Below are positions 48,753-55,362 of a stretch of 55,362 nucleotides of DNA, piece after piece. The position numbers were made by a program, and so were the translations under genes. Origin of the DNA: an uncultured Salinivenus sp. (GTDB lineage Bacteria; Bacteroidota; Rhodothermia; Rhodothermales; Salinibacteraceae); assembly GCA_964491575.1 (NCBI GenBank), contig CAZBIB010000002.1, positions 1 through 55,362 of the forward strand. Direction: 5' to 3'. The notes under the pieces are model-generated. The model saw nothing but the letters and a program-made list of their open reading frames with translations, was not told where the DNA came from and did not search any database. How positions within the stretch are numbered: the first letter of the stretch is position 1; every line of letters begins with the position of its first letter.

Positions 48753-48983
48753 TTACGCATGTTTCAATCCTGCAACGATGCTACGTCGGGACGGAGGGCA
48801 CAGGGTAAATGCATGCCCGGAAGTGAGCATGCAGTCCAGAAAGCTCTTCAGGAGGGCCGGTACGGTGCCTCATCAGGTTGGATAGACGAAGATCAGATGA
48901 TCAGCCTGGCCGGCAAACGCGTGGCCCTGGGCGTCCGACAGGCTGTCGCGGCGTGGATGGTCGTGAATGACGAGAACGTTCAT
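48753..48983 (-). pseudogene. Decayed flavodoxin-fold NAD(P)H dehydrogenase (quinone)
   Basis: MNVLVIHDHPRRDSLSDAQGHAFAG-QADHLIFVYPT**GTVPALLKSFLDCMLTSGHAF; the conserved PxWW reads TGA TGA, and there is an internal deletion. Confidence 0.78.
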
Positions 48984-49088
48984 GGCGTACTCGGCATCTC
49001 CTCATCTGCAGAAGCCGTGAGCGTCGTCAGCGACATGCCGGCTGTGTGCGTTCGGAAGGCAATGCCTGTAGCCATATTTTTCTGTCCA

Positions 49089-49493
49089 TTAGGCAAGAAA
49101 GATCAAGCCGAGGATGAGTCCTGTACTCAATAGCAGCAGAACAGTGATCAAGCCAACGTACAGAAGCGGAATGGCCTGTACTCCCTGTTCTCGTAGCTTT
49201 TTGAAGGTGTCGTAGTACGCCCAAAATCCAAGGATGAGGACTGCGTCTCCGGTAAAGACCAGCAGCGAGCCGGCAGTGAGGACCATCCATTGCGGCTGCA
49301 CTTCGCGAAGCAATCGAACGACGGCGACTCCGACGGCGATGGCGGCGAGACCGGTGCGTACCCAGGCGCTGAAGGTGCGTTGCTTGGCCAGCACTGTGCG
49401 GTCCTGCGCCCAGCCCGTACGCTGTTCGGCGAGCTTCTGCTTCGGCCCTGCGTTGCTCTTCGTCCCGTCGTTCTCCGCTGGGGAAGAAGTCAT
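49089..49493 (-). CDS. DUF202 (YidH-like) membrane protein
   Basis: RTVLAKQRTFSAWVRTGLA followed by three TM segments. Confidence 0.88.
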   Translation of the reverse strand: MTSSPAENDGTKSNAGPKQKLAEQRTGWAQDRTVLAKQRTFSAWVRTGLAAIAVGVAVVRLLREVQPQWMVLTAGSLLVFTGDAVLILGFWAYYDTFKKLREQGVQAIPLLYVGLITVLLLLSTGLILGLIFLA

Positions 49494-49511
49494 CGGTGGT
49501 GTGGCTGAGGC

Positions 49512-50234
49512 TTATGCTTCTGAGTGGGGTTCTGACTCCTGCACGCCGGAGGGGGGCGTTTCCTCAGCGTCCGGAAAGGCGTCCTTCAGTGCGTCGACGC
49601 CGCGCTGTGGATGGGCGCGATCCAGCATGTCCTGACGCTCCTTCCGTTTCTTTTCCGGATTCAGTCCCATCGCCTCGTCCCGGTCACGCTTCATCTCTTC
49701 GTCCGCCTCGCCGAAGCGGTTGAACGACCACATCAGTTTCGGGGCGCCCATCGGCAGGCGGTCGCCGGGACCCTGGTCGTGCCGGCCGGTATGCCAGGTA
49801 TGCCACGTTTTGCCGTAGCTGTTGACGAGCATTTTCATGAGCTCATGTTCGGCGGCGTCCGGCAGGCCCGGCGCGATGAGTGTGCCGGAGAATACTTCGT
49901 AGTTGTGCGGGTGCCAGTATGACTTCTCCTCCTCCGGCAATTCGTCGAAGAGCCGTTCGGAGATGATGTACTCGACGCCGATTAGGTTGGCGTCTTCGGT
50001 GTTGCCGTCGAAGATCACGCACTGCAGGAATTCGCCGTTGACCTGATGGCAGTAGTGATGGGCTTCCATCTGCATGTGCGGGTCTTCCTTTGCGCAGTGA
50101 AAGCCCACGACGTACGCGTCGAAGTGCTTGAGGGGCGTGTGGTGCTGCATCCAGTCGGCGCCCTTTTCCAGCACCTTCTCTTTGAACGTCTTTCCTTTAC
50201 CTTGGGGTTGGGCCGGAGAGTCTCGGTTCTTCAT
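49512..50234 (-). CDS. OBAP / DUF1264 family protein
   Basis: QMEAHHYC, QCVIFDGNTEDANLIGVEYIISERLF, WHPHNYEV, YGKTWHTW, LPMGAPKLMWSF. Confidence 0.9.
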   Translation of the reverse strand: MKNRDSPAQPQGKGKTFKEKVLEKGADWMQHHTPLKHFDAYVVGFHCAKEDPHMQMEAHHYCHQVNGEFLQCVIFDGNTEDANLIGVEYIISERLFDELPEEEKSYWHPHNYEVFSGTLIAPGLPDAAEHELMKMLVNSYGKTWHTWHTGRHDQGPGDRLPMGAPKLMWSFNRFGEADEEMKRDRDEAMGLNPEKKRKERQDMLDRAHPQRGVDALKDAFPDAEETPPSGVQESEPHSEA

Positions 50235-50258
50235 CGCTCGTAGACGCTTTGTGCAAAA

Positions 50259-50627
50259 TCAGCGACGGGGACTCGTTTGCGGGGCGGGCACTTTCTTGGT
50301 CATCAGCGCCGCGCCCACCTCGATCAGGCCCAGCACCAGATGCGGAGCCCAGACCCAACTGGCAAAGCCGAAGAGCCAGGGCGAAACGGCCAGGAACAGG
50401 CCCGAGCCTGCATCGAGCATCAGATGTGTGGGCATCGAGATAACCCGGGCCATTCCGAGTTCGTAGTTGGTCATCATGCTGTAGAGCAGTGCGCCGGCAC
50501 CGAGAAGGACCGGGATCCATGTCTCGGCTCCGCCACGCGCGAAGCCAAACAGCCAAGGGGCTGCGATGAGCAGGAGGCCCATCGCGTAATCCATCATGCC
50601 GTGAATGCGGGTCGGTATAAAACGCAT
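50259..50627 (-). CDS. SPW-repeat-like membrane protein
   Basis: MRFIPTRIHGMMDY, IAAPWLFGF and AVSPWLFGF repeats, TNYELG. Confidence 0.82.
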   Translation of the reverse strand: MRFIPTRIHGMMDYAMGLLLIAAPWLFGFARGGAETWIPVLLGAGALLYSMMTNYELGMARVISMPTHLMLDAGSGLFLAVSPWLFGFASWVWAPHLVLGLIEVGAALMTKKVPAPQTSPRR

Positions 50628-50878
50628 GACTTGCTCTTTTGTCGATTTGGTTGCTGGCGGCAAACGAAGGGCCCCTTCGGCTCGAAAACTTCGAGATACT
50701 TGAGGTTTTCGACGGCACTGCCGAGGAAGTTGGCGCGGATGTACCACGCGTCGATGTCTTCGCCGAGGGCAGTTGGTACTGCCGGGTGCTGCCGGTTGAA
50801 ATAGAGAAGGAATACGGAGCGGACGATTTTCCTGAGCACGCCCCCTCTATCATCGCCCGCTCCGGATCCATTCAGGCT

Positions 50879-51754
50879 CTACGAGCTGACCGCTTCTTTT
50901 GCCTTGTCGATGGCCTCCTCGAGTTTTGAGTGGTCCATTTGCTCTTTCTGCGCGCCAGAGTGGGGTTTGGCCGGGCTCAAGGTTGGCTCTCCGTCTCCCG
51001 GCTGGTGAGTGGTGGAGAACTCGCCTTTGCCGTCGATGGAGGGGCCTTTCGTCCAGCGCTCTTCCGGAACGTCTTTCTCGCCGTCCCGCCACGTCGACAT
51101 GAAGGCGTAGTTGTACTCCTGGGCCTCCTTCTCCTGCGGGAACGAGTTCGGGATGGGATGGGCCTCCTCGTAGCCCATCTCTTCAATCACGGCCATCCAC
51201 TGGTTCTGGTGCATCGTGTCGCGGGCAATCAGGTAGCTGAGCATGTCCTTCATTCCCGGATCGTCGGTCAGGTTGTAGAGTCGAGTCGCAAGGGCCCGGC
51301 CCCCTGCCTCGGCCGTAACGTTGGCGTGCATGTCGGCGGCAATGTTGCCGGTGGCGTAGACGTGCGAGCAGTCGAACGGCACGCCGTTGGAGTTGACCGG
51401 CATCGCGCCCAGCCCCGAGGAAAGGACGTGGCGCGGATTCTTGCCACTGAGGATGGCATGCACCACCGAGTCCTCTGCCATTTCTTCTTTCGTGGCGACG
51501 TCCGCGCCCTCCAGGTTCTTGGCGACGGCGGTGGCCAGCATCTCGATGTGGCCGAGTTCCTCGGTGCCCGTTTCCATCAGCAAATCGCGGTACTTCTTGG
51601 GCCCGCGGGCGCTGAAGGCCTGAAAGAGGTATTGGAGAGCCACGCGAATCTCGCCTTCGATGCCGCCGATGGCCTGCTGAAGGGCTTTGGCAAAGGACGG
51701 ATCGGGCTTCTCGACGGTGACTTCGTACTGCAGTTCGCTATCGTGAAAAAACAT
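50879..51754 (-). CDS. Manganese catalase family protein
   Basis: GGIEGE, GTEELGHIEML, NVTAEAGGR, LIARDTMHQNQW di-Mn ligand motifs; start ATG 51754. Confidence 0.93.
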   Translation of the reverse strand: MFFHDSELQYEVTVEKPDPSFAKALQQAIGGIEGEIRVALQYLFQAFSARGPKKYRDLLMETGTEELGHIEMLATAVAKNLEGADVATKEEMAEDSVVHAILSGKNPRHVLSSGLGAMPVNSNGVPFDCSHVYATGNIAADMHANVTAEAGGRALATRLYNLTDDPGMKDMLSYLIARDTMHQNQWMAVIEEMGYEEAHPIPNSFPQEKEAQEYNYAFMSTWRDGEKDVPEERWTKGPSIDGKGEFSTTHQPGDGEPTLSPAKPHSGAQKEQMDHSKLEEAIDKAKEAVSS

Positions 51755-51885
51755 GGTGTGTAAGGAGTTGGGGTAAGCAATACGTAGAGAAGGGGTGTTC
51801 GCGGTCCCAGTCCTGCACTGCACAGCGGTCGCAGGCAGTCGGTGAACGTCGTCCTCCGCTTCGGGGAAACGGGAGGAAGGCTCCG

Positions 51886-52332
51886 TCAGGACACCTCCGT
51901 TGCTTCCTGAGGCCAGAGAGACAGAATGGAGTCCGGCAGCATCTGCTGCACGTCTTCCACTTCGCCGGAACTGATCTGTCGGTCGAGTACGACGAAAACA
52001 GCCCGCGTTGCCTCTTCAGCGTCGGCGGGGTGCACCTCTTGCAACTCTCCCTCCACGCGCTCCAGAAATTCGTCCTGTCCGCGGTACGTGAGCGGCTTCC
52101 CGGCGGGTTGATACCCTTCCAAGAAGATCCCGCGCACGAACGTCGGAAACTGCGCGGAGAGCTGCACTGCTTCTTCGACGGTCAGGCGGTCGCGAAGCGC
52201 GAAGAGGACCCCTCGCAGGGCGTGATAGGCCACCTGTTGGTCCTCTTGGCCCAACTGCTCCGAGATGTCGTTAAGCCACTCGCTCGTCTCCTGCGACGAT
52301 TTTTTGACGACGTTCAGTTCTGTGTGAGCCAT
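51886..52332 (-). CDS. DUF2267 domain protein
   Basis: AYHALRGVLFALRDRLTVEEAVQLSAQFP...RGIFLEGY, RAVFVVL..ISSGEVEDV...LP. Confidence 0.9.
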   Translation of the reverse strand: MAHTELNVVKKSSQETSEWLNDISEQLGQEDQQVAYHALRGVLFALRDRLTVEEAVQLSAQFPTFVRGIFLEGYQPAGKPLTYRGQDEFLERVEGELQEVHPADAEEATRAVFVVLDRQISSGEVEDVQQMLPDSILSLWPQEATEVS

Positions 52333-52592
52333 GGAGTGCACTGGGAGTTGTTCGAGATGAAAAGTCGGGGAGGCGCCGATGTCGCGGGACTGCTTACATC
52401 GACCATCCCTCTGGGGACGTGGATCTGGAAAACTGAAACGTCGACACCCGAGATCCGACGTTTCGATCCGCTTTGCAAAAGCGTTACCTGTTGGAAGCAA
52501 CACATCCAACGGTTCCGCGCATGAGTGAAGGCGGGGACATTGCCCGCACCCTTTCACCGAACGCGATCACTTCAACAACAACGCACCTCGAT

Positions 52593-53162
52593 ATGCCTGA
52601 TCAATTGGAAGCGATGACCGTCGCGATGCTCGCCACGCACGGATTCGAGGAAGTTGAACTCACCGATCCGCGAGACGCCCTGGAGGAAGCAGGAGCCGAG
52701 GCGTCTCTTGTCGCGCCGCAGGCCGACTCTATTCAGGCGTGGGACGTGGACGACTGGGGAGAGAGCTACGACGTAGACATGGAGCTTGAGAACGCCCGTC
52801 CGGACGACTTCGATGCCCTGCTGCTTCCCGGCGGCGTCCTGAACCCGGATCAGCTGCGAATGAACAACGAGGCCGTCGACTTCGTCGCCACGTTCGTCGA
52901 ATCGGGCAAGCCCGTGGCCTCCATTTGTCACGGCCCGTGGATGCTCGCTGAGGCTGATGTCGTTGAGGGACGGACGATGACCTCGTATCTGTCGATTCGG
53001 ACGGACCTCCGGAATGCTGGGGCGAACGTCGTGGACGAGGAAGCGGTCACGGACGACAACTTGGTGACGAGCCGAAACCCTGATGACCTGCCGGCCTTCA
53101 ACGACGCGATGATTACGCTCTTCTCGACGGCGACGCGGGAAGCGGGGTCGGTTGCCTCGTAG
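52593..53162 (+). CDS. PfpI/DJ-1 family (YhbO-like) protease/deglycase
   Basis: GFEEVEL, DFDALLLPGG..NPDQLR, ICHGPW, LVTSRNPDDLPAF; start ATG 52593. Confidence 0.93.
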   Translation: MPDQLEAMTVAMLATHGFEEVELTDPRDALEEAGAEASLVAPQADSIQAWDVDDWGESYDVDMELENARPDDFDALLLPGGVLNPDQLRMNNEAVDFVATFVESGKPVASICHGPWMLAEADVVEGRTMTSYLSIRTDLRNAGANVVDEEAVTDDNLVTSRNPDDLPAFNDAMITLFSTATREAGSVAS

Positions 53163-53245
53163 AGTGACCCGGCCCAGTCACGGTCGGATTCCTTTGCCTA
53201 AATCGTTCTTCTGTCGCTTGCAGAAGAGGGGTCTCAAGGAGGCTC

Positions 53246-53346
53246 AAGACCTCGGAGGTCTCCGAGCTGCCATCCACAACATGCGTCCTCATTGCTTCTG
53301 CATGGGTTCCACCGGAAACGAGCAATAAAGACCTCCGAGGTCTTGC
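53246..53346. repeat. Inverted pair of AAGACCTCGGAGGTCT REP-like palindromes
   Basis: AAGACCTCGGAGGTCT at 53246-53261 and TAAAGACCTCCGAGGTCTTGC at 53326-53346. Confidence 0.72.
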
Positions 53347-53475
53347 TTTGCCGATTTCTGCACAAGAGCGCCCCGGATTTCCGCGAGACGTGACTGCGGC
53401 GTTGGAAGACGTCCCCTCTGCTTATCCCATCCATCGAGATCGTTCTCCTTCGGAAAAGCGCGTCCTGCCTCCACT

Positions 53476-53817
53476 GTGAAAACACTCCTGCTCCGGTGGC
53501 AATCCATTGCGGCGGCGCTCGTGGGGTTTGTGCTCTCAGTCGCCTGGGAGGCGGATGTCTTTTCGTCCGTTGCTGAGTATCCGTTTACGTGGTTTTTCGG
53601 CGTGGTCGCGGCGGGTCTGCTTGCCTGGGGTGTCGTCGATGCCCTTCGCGAGCAGCGCCGGCGGAGCTCTGGGGCGTCTACGCTCGAGTCGCCCTCATCC
53701 GAAGGGAGCGGCTCGCTGGCAGACGGCCGGGGAACGACGTCCCGCCTCGACCGGCTCGAACGCGAGGTGCAGCGCATCGACGATCAGGTGCAGGAGTTGC
53801 GCCGCGAGGAGCTCTAA
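53476..53817 (+). CDS. Small hypothetical membrane protein with C-terminal coiled coil
   Basis: Two TM helices, then RLDRLEREVQRIDDQVQELRRE; GTG start. Confidence 0.6.
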   Translation: MKTLLLRWQSIAAALVGFVLSVAWEADVFSSVAEYPFTWFFGVVAAGLLAWGVVDALREQRRRSSGASTLESPSSEGSGSLADGRGTTSRLDRLEREVQRIDDQVQELRREEL

Positions 53818-53993
53818 CTACCCCCCGCAGAGGGGGCTGATGCGCGGGGGAATCTGTGAGCCGCTCCCGTCGCCGCATCCCCTTTGCGAGAAGGTTACGG
53901 ATGTGCACACCCGCAGGATTGACTTGCGGGTCCGGTCTCCATAAGATCAAGCACAGTTCGTCTGCCTTTCAAATGATTAAACCAGGGATTCCC

Positions 53994-54212
53994 ATGTCAT
54001 CCATTGCCAAGATCATCGAAGTGGAAGCCGAGGGAGACACCATTGAAGAGGCTGTTGAGACCGCCGTTGAGGGGGCCTCGAAGTCGGTGCGCAACATCCA
54101 GAACGTCTACGTGCGCGATTTCAAGGCGGTCGTAGAGGACGACAGTGTCTCCCACTACCGGGTGGATACGAAGATCACGTTTCTCGTTGAGGAGGGCGGA
54201 GATGTCGGCTGA
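53994..54212 (+). CDS. Dodecin family flavin-binding protein
   Basis: MSSIAKIIEV...IEEAVETAVEGASKSVRNI...YRVDTKITF. Confidence 0.9.
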   Translation: MSSIAKIIEVEAEGDTIEEAVETAVEGASKSVRNIQNVYVRDFKAVVEDDSVSHYRVDTKITFLVEEGGDVG

Positions 54213-54282
54213 GCGTACGAGCCGTCGCTGCCCCCCATTCAGCGAACGCTCTTGCGTGGAACGCCGCACGTTCAAAAAGTTG

Positions 54283-54400
54283 CCCCAAAACCTCCTGTTT
54301 GTCATTCCGCATCCCGATGCGGAATCTCCCAGAATCATGTGTCTGCCAAGCACATGGAGATTCCAAATCAGGTTGGGAATGACGGTCTTTTGGGTTTTTC
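54283..54400. repeat. dRS3/REP-doublet-like element, copy 2
   Basis: CCCCAAAACC...GTCATTCCGCATC-cc-GATGCGGAATCT...CATGTG/CACATG hairpin...AGATTCCAAA-tcagg-TTGGGAATGAC...GGGTTTTT. Confidence 0.7.
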
Positions 54401-54668
54401 TGTGTGGAAGGGGCGTGTGGGCGTTTTTCTCCCAAACGCCCAGACGCCTGCGATGAAGGGGCCGCACAAAAACTCCCGATTCCCACCGTCCCAGGGAGAC
54501 CCATCGTTGAGGCGAAGCACGTAGGCCCGCACCCGCTGCGCTGGCACCCGATAAAGGAGGGGCAGTGGCCCTCCTGTACCCTTCCGCCCGCCTACACGTC
54601 CGGAAGACTCCCGCGAATCGCCCCCTGAGAGGCCCCCGGAGCAACGGGAGTGCAGGACGGGAGGCATT

Positions 54669-54683
54669 GAAATGTAACATTTC
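54669..54683. promoter_or_regulatory. Palindrome GAAATGT-A-ACATTTC, candidate operator
   Basis: Perfect 7 bp inverted repeat in the AT-richer region about 140 bp upstream of the CBS gene. Confidence 0.35.
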
Positions 54684-54822
54684 GTGGAAGGAGGAACAGC
54701 AAAAGGATCGACCCGGATGTAAGAGGGTCCAATCTCGGTTTTTGTTAAGGTTTTTAGAAAAACGACAGACCTATTGGGCACCTGTATTCTGCATTCAATT
54801 CTAAAACAGCTCTCTAAAATCA

Positions 54823-55305
54823 ATGGATGCCCGAGATGGACCCCTCGACACACGTGTGAAAGACATCGTTCAATCCAAGACGGCTCCCACGGATGACGAC
54901 GGCGTGCTCACGACGGAGCCCTCGGCAACGGTCTTCGACTGCATCGGCCGCATGGTCGACCACGACGTGGGCTCCATCGTGGTGATGGATGAAGACGCCA
55001 TCGTCGGCATCTTCACCGAGCGGGACTACATGAGCAAGATTGCTCTGGAAGGACGGACCTCGGAGGAAACGGAGGTTCAGGAGGTGATGGAACGGGACGT
55101 TACAATGGTGGGGCCCGAAAAACCTCTCGCGGAGTGCATGCACCTCATGACCAAGCTGCGGAGCCGCCATCTCCCGGCCGTCGATAATGATGAAAATCTG
55201 ATCGGCATGGTCTCAATTGGGGACTGCGTGAAACGGATTCTGGACACCGCCCAGGCGGAGACGGATCGGCTCCGGAAGTACGTCACCGGACGGTATCCAG
55301 GCTGA
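54823..55305 (+). CDS. CBS domain pair protein
   Basis: VGSIVVM...GIFTERDY, MTKLRSRHLPAVD...GMVSIGDCVK. Confidence 0.92.
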   Translation: MDARDGPLDTRVKDIVQSKTAPTDDDGVLTTEPSATVFDCIGRMVDHDVGSIVVMDEDAIVGIFTERDYMSKIALEGRTSEETEVQEVMERDVTMVGPEKPLAECMHLMTKLRSRHLPAVDNDENLIGMVSIGDCVKRILDTAQAETDRLRKYVTGRYPG

Positions 55306-55362
55306 ATTCCTCCGGGCTTCCAGAGAAGGCTAAAGAATCGGAGTTGGCGGAGCAGTAGCTTC

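Noticed and set aside
48870-48875. TGA TGA at conserved Trp-Trp as evidence of stop-codon recoding
   Set aside because: TGA terminates many intact genes in this window, and the same ORF has a deletion and other decay.
50630-50870. Coding-looking stretch between the Mn catalase and SPW-like genes (LGEDIDAWYIRANFLGSAVENLKYLEVF)
   Set aside because: Possibly a gene fragment, but I cannot assign a family or even a strand without a search.
1-55362. Integrase, transposase, prophage, tRNA/rRNA or defence genes
   Set aside because: None recognised, so mobility of the stress region is not directly shown.

Overview
GC-rich bacterial chromosomal segment with many acidic proteins; the gene style suggests a Rhodothermaeota/Salinibacteraceae-like halophile (inference only). 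From left to right: a 5' fragment of an aspartyl/asparaginyl beta-hydroxylase-type gene, a tandem SpoIIAA-like gene and a TetR-TolC-MFP-RND efflux operon with two palindromic operator candidates. Next comes a ~45 kb, mostly minus-strand stress/respiration region (about 9.5-54.4 kb). It holds a TreS-like GH13 and a GH15; a long uncharacterised cluster (ThDP enzyme, mandelate-racemase-like enolase, Cu/Zn SOD with an Arg->Glu change, ChaB, CYP152 peroxygenase, FAD/Fe-S oxidoreductase, DUF1440, rhodopsin-less ASRT, HTH-like orphan, SDR, two VKOR-like proteins, SPW protein); a complete alternative complex III (actABCDEF plus an ActG-position gene) joined to an A2-type caa3 oxidase; an orphan PAS histidine kinase; NDH-2; and general-stress genes (Zn-ADH, SRPBCC, DUF202, OBAP/DUF1264, Mn catalase, DUF2267, PfpI, dodecin, CBS). 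Non-coding signals are two related dRS3/REP-doublet-like elements that roughly bracket the region, a second 17-21 bp palindromic REP family, an AT-rich inverted heptamer-repeat insert between actD and actE, and three decayed genes (DoxX, flavodoxin-fold NAD(P)H:quinone reductase, VOC). No rRNA, tRNA, CRISPR array, integrase or transposase was seen. All family calls come from manual motif recognition, not database searches.
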